A DNA stretch of 64,000 nt, taken from assembly GCA_977020255.1 (NCBI GenBank), contig CDROCS010003917.1, positions 62,001 through 126,000 on the forward strand, given 5' to 3'. The notes beneath the pieces are model-generated. The model saw only the letters and a list, made by a program, of their open reading frames with translations. It did no database searches and was not told the origin of the DNA. Shown in pieces: positions 10,280-20,330 of this stretch (the first letter of the stretch is position 1; each line of letters begins with the position of its first letter). The translations under genes were made by a program, and so were the position numbers. The DNA comes from Obrimoposthia wandeli. Lineage: Eukaryota.

Positions 10280-10752
10280 GCGCCGCTTCACTTTTATCCG
10301 CAAAGAAGATTACAAATCATTGGTCTTTATGACGAATGATTTAACCCGTTCAGCGGTAGAGGTTGCGGCATTATATAAGCAGCGTTGGGAGATAGAATTG
10401 TTCTGTAAATGGATAAAATAAAATGTGAAGATCAAGCGCTTTATAAGTCAAAATGAAAACGGCGTGATGATCCAAGCCTTGATCGCTCTCATCGCATATT
10501 TGCTTTTAAAAATAAAACACTTAACTGATTTATGTGATCAAACACTCTATCAAATCCGCTTACTGTTTAGTACAAATTTAATGGATCGAAGGCGTATAAT
10601 GGCGTTGCTCAACTCTATTGTTAAGGCCAATTGTTAAGCTCTATATTGTTAAGGCCAATTGTTAAGCCCTAGTGTCAAGCCATTAAAACCCGACAAGAAT
10701 GGCGTGGCATAAATGAATTTTGAGCTGTTAAATACTTAACCGAACACTAGTG
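10280..10752 (+). mobile_element. IS4-family transposase remnant with right terminal repeat
   Basis: LVFMTN...YKQRWEIELFCKWIK*NVKIKRF (YREK motif, in-frame TAA); terminal-like cttaaccgaacactagtg at 10735-10752; 24-nt direct repeat at 10616-10639 and 10644-10667. Confidence 0.85.
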
Positions 10753-10872
10753 ACTCAACTTATTCTTTTGCACCAGCAATACCCATAATTAGGGGCACAC
10801 TGATTCCGCTAAATCGACTGTTTTTGCCTTATCCTATCTGCATTCGCTATGGTATGCAGAGGTCTCCTCATA

Positions 10873-12222
10873 CTAAAACCAGTTATCTTTGACTTTACCG
10901 TATTGGAAAAAACCCCATTGCCCTACGCGCCTTAAAGGTGCAAAAGGAAATTTAGGTAAGGCCTTTTGATACAAAGGCAGGTTGGGCGTCTCTTTACCTG
11001 CTACTTTTTGTGCGAGTCGTTTTCCAGCTTGTACCGAAAATGAGACACCGCTGCCACAATAACCCATTGAATAAAACACACTGTGTTGCTCATCTTGATA
11101 GATGTGAGGTAGGTCATCAAGGGACATGCTCAGCCAGCCTGACCAAGAATAATCATATTTAATATCTGCTAACGCCGGGAAGTTAGTTTTTAATACTGCG
11201 AGTAAGCGTTGAGAAAAGTAAGGGTCTTGTGATCCTTTGCCAGTAATCGCACCACGCCCACCAAACAAGATTCTATTATCAGGTAGTTTACGGTAATAAT
11301 ATTTTAATGCCCGTGTATCCATGATGACATTGCTGGTTAAAAAATTACAGGCTGCAAGTTGGCTAGGCGATAACGGCTCGGTCACAATCACTTGGGATAA
11401 AACAGGTAAGGTTCTATTTTTGATTAAAGTGTGCAAACCTTTAGGTGTATAACCATTGGTGGCAATAATCACTTTCTTTGCCTTCACAATACCCTTAGGT
11501 GTATGTAGCATTTGCCTCGTTTGTTTGCCTTTTCCTTCTACCAGCCAGTTTTCTACCGGGCTAGCGCAATGAATTTTTACCCCTTCTTGGCGAACTAAAC
11601 GCTGATAACCCCAAGCTAGTTTCAATGGATTGAGACCAAATCCATCTTGGTAGCGTATTGCACCATAAGCATTTTGGTCCGCCATATATTGCTGATGTAA
11701 ATCTTGTCTTGATAATACTTGTACATCATAACCAAACATTTCTTGCTGTAGCTTTGCCGCAGCTACTAGCTCGTCAAGCATGCTAGGTTTATGTGCTACT
11801 CGGATGTAACCAGCATCTTGTCGATCACAAGATATGCCTTCATCTATCAGGCTTTTAACAGTATCGACGCCTTCGCACATTTCATTATAAATGCCTCGCA
11901 TCACCTCCTCACCCCACTGTTTTTTCATTGCAGCGTAAGATTTTCTCCCTGAGGATTTTAAAATAAAACCACCGTTACGACCGCTAGCTCCCCACGCACT
12001 TTGGTTGGCCTCTAACACTGTGGCTTTAATACCATGTTCGCGCGCTAAATGCAGTGCACAGGACAAACCAGTATAACCGGCGCCTATAATAGCAACGTCT
12101 ACCTCTATATCTTGTTTTAGTTGACCATCATGTTCAGGTGGGCTACCTGCAACATCAGCCCAGTAACTAGCAGGGTACTTTTCATCGCAACCTGGCGATT
12201 TATCATGTAAAGGATCGTACAT
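10873..12222 (-). CDS. FAD-dependent oxidoreductase (DAO / PuuB-like)
   Basis: IIGAGYTGL, GASGRNGG, IATNGY, GYCGSGV. Confidence 0.88.
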   Translation of the reverse strand: MYDPLHDKSPGCDEKYPASYWADVAGSPPEHDGQLKQDIEVDVAIIGAGYTGLSCALHLAREHGIKATVLEANQSAWGASGRNGGFILKSSGRKSYAAMKKQWGEEVMRGIYNEMCEGVDTVKSLIDEGISCDRQDAGYIRVAHKPSMLDELVAAAKLQQEMFGYDVQVLSRQDLHQQYMADQNAYGAIRYQDGFGLNPLKLAWGYQRLVRQEGVKIHCASPVENWLVEGKGKQTRQMLHTPKGIVKAKKVIIATNGYTPKGLHTLIKNRTLPVLSQVIVTEPLSPSQLAACNFLTSNVIMDTRALKYYYRKLPDNRILFGGRGAITGKGSQDPYFSQRLLAVLKTNFPALADIKYDYSWSGWLSMSLDDLPHIYQDEQHSVFYSMGYCGSGVSFSVQAGKRLAQKVAGKETPNLPLYQKALPKFPFAPLRRVGQWGFFQYGKVKDNWF

Positions 12223-12235
12223 TTTATTGTCCTTA

Positions 12236-13249
12236 TTAATTTTCAACTAAAGTTAACCAATCACCATCACAGACATTTAAGGCGTGAGCGACTTCGGCTG
12301 TGATTAATGCATACTGTGTGGTTAATTTTACATTTATTTGCGCAGCCCTAAACTCAGACAATTTGTGATTACAGGCTAGATATTGCGTCTGATTACTTTC
12401 TATATCAGTTATTTTTATTTGTTTAGTTTCACTTGCTATCACTGTTTTAATTTTGTTAAGAGGACATGTGACTGCGGGGCCTGCATCATTAACTCCTATA
12501 TAGTCACCGTATTTAAAACCTTCTTTTTCTAATAAAACCAGTGCAGGTAAAGTATCGGTGTGTACCTGATTAATAGCATCTTGCGCGCTTTGCGACATGA
12601 GGCGGGTGTACAGCGGGTACTTAGGCATTAGTTCACTAGCAAACCTCATATCCCCTATACCGATACAGTGGTTTGAGGTAGCAAAGCTAATGTTGCAAAA
12701 GTGTTGTTCAAACCAAGACCAAAAAGGTGACTGGTTATGCTGATCAGCATAGCCACGCATTTCTGCCATAATGTTCTTTGAAAAGCGTTGTTGGTGGGCC
12801 GCCATAAATAAAAATCGAAAGCGTGACAAGGTACGGCCATTACGATTAATACGGTAGCTATCTTTTAGATACAAAGAGCAAATTTCTGTGCTGGCAATTA
12901 AGTCTGTGCACAAGGTCAATGTTTGATGCGTTTTACTTAGCCCAAGGGAATCAGAGTGATGTACACAGGACTCGATTCGATGATGATACAAGGGCGTAGT
13001 TTGCCCAACAGATGCCTCAATACCGCTGGTACCGACAACTTCACCACTGGCCAAATCTTGCATCACAAACAGATAACCCTGCTCTCCCGGGGTTGTGATG
13101 TGTGCATTAAAAGAGCGTAACGAGTGTTTAATTCGTTCTTTGAGAGTTTGAGGGTCATCGGGAAAGGAGGTTAACCCGTTACCTGAGTGTATAGCTATTT
13201 GATGCAAGGCATCAAAGTCATCTAGTGAAATAGGACGAATAATTATCAT
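12236..13249 (-). CDS. Arginine N-succinyltransferase (AstA) family, divergent paralogue
   Basis: IIIRPI...GLTSFP, EICSLYL, LSRFRFLF, AEMRG, SPFW, ELMPKYPLY. Confidence 0.85.
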   Translation of the reverse strand: MIIIRPISLDDFDALHQIAIHSGNGLTSFPDDPQTLKERIKHSLRSFNAHITTPGEQGYLFVMQDLASGEVVGTSGIEASVGQTTPLYHHRIESCVHHSDSLGLSKTHQTLTLCTDLIASTEICSLYLKDSYRINRNGRTLSRFRFLFMAAHQQRFSKNIMAEMRGYADQHNQSPFWSWFEQHFCNISFATSNHCIGIGDMRFASELMPKYPLYTRLMSQSAQDAINQVHTDTLPALVLLEKEGFKYGDYIGVNDAGPAVTCPLNKIKTVIASETKQIKITDIESNQTQYLACNHKLSEFRAAQINVKLTTQYALITAEVAHALNVCDGDWLTLVEN

Positions 13250-13441
13250 GAAACCTCATCATTTGACGGTTTTATCGCTGTAACTAACACAGATACTACA
13301 TACACTGTCGTATCAAATGTTGATGTTTAATAATACTTACTATTATCATGTAAAAAGTTGTCATATTTAAGTGGCAAAATTATCAATTTAAACAGCTTTT
13401 TTTAACAAAATGATAAATTATAAGAAAAAAGGGGGTCATTA

Positions 13442-13870
13442 ATGATCACGCAAGCAGAAGAAAAACTTCTCAAGGTTTTAAAAAAGGATGTTAGAGCAAG
13501 TATTTCGGACATTGCCCGAAAGCTCAAAATATCACGTGCGACAGTTCAAGTACGTATTGAAAAACTAGAGCGCACGGGTGTTATTAAAGGCTATACTTTA
13601 GAGCTGGGTGAGACCTATTTGAATAGCTTTATCGCCGCACATGTCTCCATTGCCACCCAACAAGATAAAGCACTACTCGTTAGAGCCAATTTGTTAAAAA
13701 CTCACAATATTACTGAGGTCCTCTCCATTAGTGGAGAGTATGATCTTATCGGGGTAATCAAAACTAAATCTTTAGAAAATCTTGACCTTACTCTATCTGA
13801 AATTGCGTCAATCGATGGTGTGTTACGTACTAAGTCTTCGGTAATACTGGCAACTAGATATGCTGACTAA
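13442..13870 (+). CDS. Lrp/AsnC-family regulator
   Basis: RASISDIARKLKISRATVQVRIEKLERTGVIKGY; ISGEYDL. Confidence 0.92.
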   Translation: MITQAEEKLLKVLKKDVRASISDIARKLKISRATVQVRIEKLERTGVIKGYTLELGETYLNSFIAAHVSIATQQDKALLVRANLLKTHNITEVLSISGEYDLIGVIKTKSLENLDLTLSEIASIDGVLRTKSSVILATRYAD

Positions 13871-14122
13871 CTTCTCTTGAGGTTAGCCTATCGAAAAAAA
13901 GATTGTGGCGCAAAGTTTACACATTAAGGCCTAAGTACAAAAGCGGTATAAAACAGCCATGGAATACATTGAAATATTTGATGTTCAGATAAAAATTTTT
14001 TATTATTCTAAATAAAATCACTTGTTTTGCATTGAACCGCAAACCTTTTGTAATGTCATTCATTTCTAAAAGACGCTAGTTCAGCAAAAGGTTATTCGTG
14101 TCAGCAAAAAATGTATTAATAA

Positions 14123-14815
14123 TTATTTTAAAGCAAACTCCACCGCAGCTTGAGCATGTAGCGCAGTAGTATCATATAAAGGTATGTCAGTATGGCTTTG
14201 TTGCACTAGTAAAGCGATCTCGGTACAGCCCAAAATGATAGCTTGGGCGCCTTGTTGCGCTAGTTGCTCTATAGCTGCAAGATAAACATCTCTTGAAATG
14301 GTGTTGATTTCCCCTTTACACAGTTCAGTGTAAATGATGTGATGGACTTGTGCACGGGTATCAGTATCGGGTATTAAAACCTCAATGCCATATTTTTGCG
14401 TTAAGCGCTGCTTATAAAAATCTTGCTCCATAGTGAAAGCGGTGCCAAGCAAGCCTACTTTAGTTATTTTATCAGCAATTAAGCACTGCGCGGTCGCATC
14501 GGCTATATGCAGTAACGGGATGTTGATCACTTGCTCGATTTGATCGGCAACCTTGTGCATGGTATTGGTGCAAATCAGTAAACAATCAGCGCCACCATCT
14601 GCAACTGATTTTGCACAAGCAGTTAAAATGTCTGCTGTACCTTGCCAATCACCGCTATGCTGTAACGCTTCTATCTGTGCGAAATCAACACTATTAAGCA
14701 CAACTTTAGCACTGTGTAAGCCACCTAAATGAGCATTAACACCTTTGTTAATCAGCTGATAATAGCTAACCGTTGATTCCCAGCTCATGCCGCCTAATAA
14801 ACCAATTGTTTTCAT
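14123..14815 (-). CDS. Aspartate/glutamate racemase family (YgeA/RacX-like)
   Basis: MKTIGLLGGMSWEST, ICTNTMH, LGCTEI (two catalytic Cys). Confidence 0.93.
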   Translation of the reverse strand: MKTIGLLGGMSWESTVSYYQLINKGVNAHLGGLHSAKVVLNSVDFAQIEALQHSGDWQGTADILTACAKSVADGGADCLLICTNTMHKVADQIEQVINIPLLHIADATAQCLIADKITKVGLLGTAFTMEQDFYKQRLTQKYGIEVLIPDTDTRAQVHHIIYTELCKGEINTISRDVYLAAIEQLAQQGAQAIILGCTEIALLVQQSHTDIPLYDTTALHAQAAVEFALK

Positions 14816-14825
14816 AAAAACCTCT

Positions 14826-16031
14826 TTATTGGGTAGCTACATGCACATTGTTTGCAGCACGTTGCCAGCGGTGAATAATTAATAAAATAAGCCCGGGTAG
14901 CAGTAACGACATCGCCAGCCAATTGCTATTTTCCCAGCCGATATGTTGAAATAAGAAGCCTGCTGACAAAGCACCAATGGTGTTTAACACTGCAACCGCT
15001 GATTCATTAACACCCTGCATTTTATGAGCATCGCCATGTAGAGTTGCAACAAGGGAGCTGCCACCCACATACAGCATGTTCCAGCCCAAACCCACGCCAA
15101 TAAGTGCAATTAAAATGCCGGTGTAACTCACCATATAAATAGCCACTAGCATCGCGCTAAACATAGTGACGTAGCCTGCCAGTATTACTTTTTCAACGCC
15201 TATCATAGAAATGATACGGCCCATAAACAGTGAGGGTAAAAACATCGCGGCGACATGATATTGAATAACTATCATAATATCTGCAAAAGGTACGCCCATC
15301 TCATTCATTTTCAAAGACGACTGCATCATCAATAATGCCATTAGCATGTAACCAAAACCAGAGGCATAAATAGCAACGATTAATGCGAAAGGCAAGCGCT
15401 TGTTCGAGTCGTTAGCAGTGCTTGTAGGGGTGGGTTGATCAATTTTAATTTCATTGCCCGATGCTTGAGACAGGTTGTTTTTAGGTATCATTAGCAATAT
15501 AAGCATTACCAATACAGCCAAAATGGTAAAGCTTAGATAACTGGCACTAAAGCTGAAATCTTCAATTAATAAGCGGCTACTTTGCGCAATTTTGGGGCCG
15601 ATAAAAGCCGCGGCAATCCCCCCTAAAGTGACATAAGAGATGGCCTTCGCTTTCTGCTTATCGTCTAGCCCGTCAGTGGCCGCAAAGCGAAAGTAAGCAA
15701 AGGCGCTAATAGTTACGCCAAGCAAGGCATGGCCGAGTAAATTGAGCGTGAACGAATGCAAGTAAATCGATAAAGCACCTAGCAATCCACCTAAGGCTAA
15801 AGTAATAGCGCCTAAAAAGAATACCGGGCGACGGCCAAAGCGTTTCATCGACATCGATAATATATAAGAGCAGGCGATGACCGAGGCAAATTGTGCGCCG
15901 TATGGCAAGGTCGATAATTCTGGATATGGCGCTAAGCTTTTCCCGACAATCGGTGAAATAGACACCCCAATCACGGCACTAGTTAGCGATAGTGCTTGGG
16001 CTAAAGAGTATAAAAATGTTTGTTTGCGCAT
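14826..16031 (-). CDS. MFS transporter
   Basis: About 12 hydrophobic segments, MKRFGRRPVF loop, FRFAATD, QYHVAAMFLPS. Confidence 0.88.
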   Translation of the reverse strand: MRKQTFLYSLAQALSLTSAVIGVSISPIVGKSLAPYPELSTLPYGAQFASVIACSYILSMSMKRFGRRPVFFLGAITLALGGLLGALSIYLHSFTLNLLGHALLGVTISAFAYFRFAATDGLDDKQKAKAISYVTLGGIAAAFIGPKIAQSSRLLIEDFSFSASYLSFTILAVLVMLILLMIPKNNLSQASGNEIKIDQPTPTSTANDSNKRLPFALIVAIYASGFGYMLMALLMMQSSLKMNEMGVPFADIMIVIQYHVAAMFLPSLFMGRIISMIGVEKVILAGYVTMFSAMLVAIYMVSYTGILIALIGVGLGWNMLYVGGSSLVATLHGDAHKMQGVNESAVAVLNTIGALSAGFLFQHIGWENSNWLAMSLLLPGLILLIIHRWQRAANNVHVATQ

Positions 16032-16077
16032 TGCTTAAACCTAATAATGTGAGTGGTGTCGATGGTGTTTTTTGATG

Positions 16078-16851
16078 TTAGTTGTGTGGATTCTCATCGG
16101 CAAACTTAATATGTATGCGCCTATTTCGCTTACCTTTGCTTTCGATCTTGGACACAATAAGCTCGCCAATTTCTGCAGTGCTGCGTACATGTGTGCCACC
16201 ACAAGGTTGCAAATCGACAGGCTCAGTTCCAGCTCCAATCCCGATCATTCTAATATCGCCAACACCTCTCGGCGGTTGCACTGACATAGTACGTACTAAA
16301 GCTGGGTTAGCAGCCAATGCTTGTTCTGAAATAGAATCAGTACTAATAAGATGATTTTGTGTAACTAGCGTATTTAATTGCTGCGTTAGTGTTTGTTTGT
16401 CAATACTGTGTTCGCCTAAATCAAAATCCAAACGGCTTTTAAATTCACCAACAGAGCCGCCGGTTACGCCGCGTGGAATTAGCGAACACAGCATATGTAG
16501 CGCACTGTGCATGCGCATTAAACGGTGCCTTCTTGGCCAATTAAGCGCTAGTTGTACCGTATCGCCCACTTTCAATGTGTGACTTAAAGTGTGGCTTAGC
16601 GTATCAAGTTGATGGCGTATGTGACCGACCGTTAGGCTTTTACGCGTATCAATAATGTCGAGTGTTAAATCCGCGGTAATCAACTGACCTGTATCTCCAG
16701 GTTGGCCGCCACCGTTGGGGTAAAAGATACTTTCTTCACATTCAAACCACTGCTGGCGCGTTCCATCTAAGCCATCTTGCTCATAAATGGCGCTAATTTT
16801 AGTACTAAGCTGCTGCATGTATGGATCACTATTAAACTTCGCGATTGTCAT
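16078..16851 (-). CDS. alaX: Free-standing alanyl-tRNA editing protein (AlaX)
   Basis: FYPNGGGQPGDTG, HSALH and CGGTH zinc motifs. Confidence 0.92.
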   Translation of the reverse strand: MTIAKFNSDPYMQQLSTKISAIYEQDGLDGTRQQWFECEESIFYPNGGGQPGDTGQLITADLTLDIIDTRKSLTVGHIRHQLDTLSHTLSHTLKVGDTVQLALNWPRRHRLMRMHSALHMLCSLIPRGVTGGSVGEFKSRLDFDLGEHSIDKQTLTQQLNTLVTQNHLISTDSISEQALAANPALVRTMSVQPPRGVGDIRMIGIGAGTEPVDLQPCGGTHVRSTAEIGELIVSKIESKGKRNRRIHIKFADENPHN

Positions 16852-16938
16852 AAAAGTTCCTAAAAATAATGTGTAAGCAGAGATTGGATGCTGGAAAACT
16901 AGATGCTAAATGTTAGTTGCCATGGAGTGTTACACAAG

Positions 16939-16980
16939 ATATTGTATGACTCAATTATTTTATTGCATGACATACAATAT
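16939..16980. promoter_or_regulatory. Candidate MocR operator
   Basis: Perfect 10-bp inverted repeat atattgtatg (16939-16948) / catacaatat (16971-16980) in the divergent alaX-MocR gap. Confidence 0.55.
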
Positions 16981-18313
16981 GTGGTTTCCCGAAAAAACAA
17001 CGCAAAAGATGGGCGCGAACGCTTTAGTACAAGCAATTGAAAAAGCTATTTTTGCGCAGCAGCTAAAAATTGGTGATCGCCTACCACCTCAGCGAATACT
17101 CGCCTACAAACTAGATATTAACCCCACGACGGTTTCTAGAGCTTACCAACGTGCAGCCCAAAAAGGCTTAGTTGGCGGGCAAATAGGGCGGGGTACTTAT
17201 GTATTAGCGCAAAGCAATACCGCATTGTTCTCCCACATTATGTTAGAACAACAAGAAAATATTATTGATTTATCGATTAATAAACTGCCCTGTGATGACA
17301 AAATATTTGCCATTAATAGGCAAGTTGAACAAGCGAATTTATATAAAGATCAGCATCAATATTATGAATATATTGCGAATGACATGATCAGCCGCTACCA
17401 GCTCGCGGTTACTCAGTGGCTACAGCGAGTGCGCGATATCAGCTTTAGTCCTACACAAATTTTACCTGTACCGAGCTGCCAATACGGTATTTATTTTATT
17501 TTGCGCCAGCAACTTAAACGCGGTGATGTATTGCTAGTAGAGCAATTTACATCGCCGGGGATTATCGCCGCCGCTAAAGAATATGGCCTGCGTTTGTTTA
17601 ATTGTAAATGTGACGAGCAAGGTTTAATTCCCGCTGCACTGGATTCATTAGTCGCACAAACAAATGGCAAAATGCTGATTACCATTCCCTCTCATCAATC
17701 GCCTATGGGGATTACTCAAAGCGATGAAAGGCGCCAAGCATTAGCCAAGGTTATTATTGATCGTGATTTGCTGGTGGTTGAGGAAGATATCTACGGTATG
17801 TTTGCAAAGCCAGCACCTTTAGCAAAATATGCACCTAACAATGTGCTGTTACTATCGGGTTTTAGTAAGTGCCTTAGCGGCGGCCATAAAATCTCTTTTA
17901 TTGCAGGTGCGCATACGAGGATGCAGGGTTTAACGCAAAAAATTATCGAGACTTTGTGGTTAATATCAGCGACGGCGGCGAGTCATATTATTACAGCACT
18001 AGAGAATAACTTTATTGAGCAAGCGACAGAGCATGTAATCAATGAAAACCGCCGTAAAAACCAACTAGTAAATAGCATTATGAAACTCGATTTAGCGTTA
18101 GATAATCCGCACCATTGGATAAACTGCGATTTAGACTTTGTACAACGCGCGGCTGAGCACGGTATAAAATTAGCGCACCAAGATAATTTTAGCCTTATAA
18201 AAAATGATCAAAAGACGGCTTTTTATCGCTTAAGCGTGCACTGTGTTAGCGACCAAAAGTTAAAAAAAGCGGCGATTATACTGCGTGAATTAATGAAGAA
18301 AAGCCTAAGTTAG
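16979..18313 (+). CDS. GntR/MocR-family PLP-binding regulator
   Basis: GDRLPPQR...TTVSRAY...GQIGRGTYV; aminotransferase-like domain with EEDIYG and GFSK. Confidence 0.9.
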   Translation: MWFPEKTTQKMGANALVQAIEKAIFAQQLKIGDRLPPQRILAYKLDINPTTVSRAYQRAAQKGLVGGQIGRGTYVLAQSNTALFSHIMLEQQENIIDLSINKLPCDDKIFAINRQVEQANLYKDQHQYYEYIANDMISRYQLAVTQWLQRVRDISFSPTQILPVPSCQYGIYFILRQQLKRGDVLLVEQFTSPGIIAAAKEYGLRLFNCKCDEQGLIPAALDSLVAQTNGKMLITIPSHQSPMGITQSDERRQALAKVIIDRDLLVVEEDIYGMFAKPAPLAKYAPNNVLLLSGFSKCLSGGHKISFIAGAHTRMQGLTQKIIETLWLISATAASHIITALENNFIEQATEHVINENRRKNQLVNSIMKLDLALDNPHHWINCDLDFVQRAAEHGIKLAHQDNFSLIKNDQKTAFYRLSVHCVSDQKLKKAAIILRELMKKSLS

Positions 18314-18321
18314 CTATTTGC

Positions 18322-19998
18322 CTATCGCACTATTTTGGTCACTTGAATAGCTAACCTTTTAGCGATGCGACTCAAGTTGGCTCTATCAATTTGCAACACA
18401 CGAGCAGCTTTCGCCCAGTTACCTTGCTGCTGATTAATGGTATTTATAATCAACTGGCGTTGAAATTGATCCGTGGCATCGCGCATAGAGGAGGCCTGAT
18501 TGGCAGGCTCGATGCCTTCTATAAATTCGATACTTGATTCAGAGGTAGGGTTAAACCCTTCAAAAGCCAGCGGCGGTATCGTTGATGCGCCATCAGCTAC
18601 TTCAACTAATAGCTCAGTGCAATCATCTATATCGATAACCACCATTTTTGGTGGGATTGTATGCTCTGCGTATCTCGCATTGATCGAAGTGGAATTAATC
18701 ATCACATAGCGATTTTTTGCCTGTGCTTTAAGGGCACTACGATTCACTAAATGCTCAAGCTCTCGCACATTACCAGGCCAGCCATAACTTTCAAATACCG
18801 CTAATAATGCATTTGATAACTTTAATTGCCCTAAGCCTAGTTTGCGGCGCATTTGCTCAACAAAGTAACCTGCCAATAATGATATATCACCCTTGCGCTC
18901 TCGCAAACTTGGCATAGTAATAGGGTAGGCGCTAAGGCGATGATATAAATCTGCTCGGAAGTTTCCAGCTTTAATTTCAGCAGGTAAATTGCGGTTAGTG
19001 GCTGCCAACACTCTCACTGATACTTGCTGTACGCTATCTTGGCCTACCGGTTGTATTTCTTTACTTTGTAATGCGCGCAGTAGTTTACTTTGCGCAGCTA
19101 AGGGAAGTTCGCCAATTTCATCCAAAAACAAAGTACCTTGATCGGCCAAGGCAAATTTGCCCGTGCGGGTTTTCTCTGCTCCCGTAAACGCGCCGCGCAC
19201 ATGGCCAAATAACTCACTCTCTATCAAATTTTCAGGTAGCGCTGCACAGTTAACATACACTAAAGGCCCATTGCTTCGATTAGATTGGCGATGAATCATC
19301 CTAGCAGCGAGTTCTTTTCCGACGCCTGTTTCGCCAAAAATTAATACAGTGAATTCAGAAGGTGCGGCAATTTCAATTTCGCGTGCCAGCTTTAGCATGC
19401 TGTCACTTTCACCGATCAGTTCACCGCCGTCTCGCTCAAGTGCTTCTTGGGTTAGTTCAGTCACCACTTGCTGGGAGTGGCTAGCGACACTTTCTAAACG
19501 TTCAATCATCAATGCCGTATTCAAAGTTGCCGCCGCTAAAGCTGCCACAACTTCTAAGGTGCGCTTAGAGATATCGTCAAATACGTTTGCCGTTAAGCTA
19601 TCTAGCGTTAATACACCTAATAGGCGCTCATCAAAATAAAGAGGCAAACCCATACAGGCATGCACAGGTAAATCACCTTCACGATCAATTAATAAGCCAT
19701 CATAAGGGTCGGGTAGTTCACAGTCACTGGCAAAACGCACTGCACTTCTAGATTGGCAAATTTGCGCTAGGCGTGGATGATCACTTAATAGAAAGCGTCT
19801 TCCTAGGGTATCGCGGCTCAAGCCTTGTAATGCGATGGGTTTTAAGCGATCAGCATGAAAAGATAACAGTGCCACTGCTTCGCAAGGAATTGTTTTGCGC
19901 ACTGTGTCTAGCAATCGATCGTAACGGGTTTTCATCGCTAAACTAGCGGTTAAATCAGTGGCTAGTTCAATCAATGCGGTCGCGGTTATCTCGTTCAT
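18322..19998 (-). CDS. norR: NO-sensing sigma54 activator NorR
   Basis: GAF domain (LGRRF...HPRL, PDPYDGL, VHACMG), AAA+ domain (GETGVGKE, GAFTGA, LFLDEIGEL), C-terminal HTH; divergent from hmp. Confidence 0.93.
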   Translation of the reverse strand: MNEITATALIELATDLTASLAMKTRYDRLLDTVRKTIPCEAVALLSFHADRLKPIALQGLSRDTLGRRFLLSDHPRLAQICQSRSAVRFASDCELPDPYDGLLIDREGDLPVHACMGLPLYFDERLLGVLTLDSLTANVFDDISKRTLEVVAALAAATLNTALMIERLESVASHSQQVVTELTQEALERDGGELIGESDSMLKLAREIEIAAPSEFTVLIFGETGVGKELAARMIHRQSNRSNGPLVYVNCAALPENLIESELFGHVRGAFTGAEKTRTGKFALADQGTLFLDEIGELPLAAQSKLLRALQSKEIQPVGQDSVQQVSVRVLAATNRNLPAEIKAGNFRADLYHRLSAYPITMPSLRERKGDISLLAGYFVEQMRRKLGLGQLKLSNALLAVFESYGWPGNVRELEHLVNRSALKAQAKNRYVMINSTSINARYAEHTIPPKMVVIDIDDCTELLVEVADGASTIPPLAFEGFNPTSESSIEFIEGIEPANQASSMRDATDQFQRQLIINTINQQQGNWAKAARVLQIDRANLSRIAKRLAIQVTKIVR

Positions 19999-20052
19999 AT
20001 CTTGCTCTTCTAGTTGCTAAATTACATCTATGTAGTTTTTAATAATTATATT

Positions 20053-20107
20053 GTCATTATGACTATTAATAGTGTATTTTACAATAAAAATTACTAGTCA
20101 TAATGAC
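20053..20107. promoter_or_regulatory. Three NorR boxes (GT-N7-AC)
   Basis: gtcattatgac 20053-20063, gtgtattttac 20072-20082, gtcataatgac 20097-20107. Confidence 0.85.
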
Positions 20108-20172
20108 AATATAAAATGAATTATTTATAGGAGTTGTTCTTAAGTAATTGATTTTAATTATTTATAAATACT

Positions 20173-20188
20173 TGGCATTATCATTGCA
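20173..20188 (+). promoter_or_regulatory. sigma54 -24/-12 promoter
   Basis: tggcattatcattgca: GG-N10-GC. Confidence 0.85.
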
Positions 20189-20330
20189 AAGTATCAAAGC
20201 AAATATAAAAATTGATCTAAATCAATATTCATATTTTAACTATTAACAGTGATAGAGATTTTTGTACTGATTTACGAGTGAAAATTTCTGCTAGTAAATA
20301 AAAGTTAAGAGAATAATCAAGGAGCAAGTC

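Noticed and set aside
14038-14095. gcaaacc...gacgc resembling a c-di-GMP-I riboswitch
   Set aside because: Lacks the GNRA loop and second stem, and lies 3' of two convergent genes
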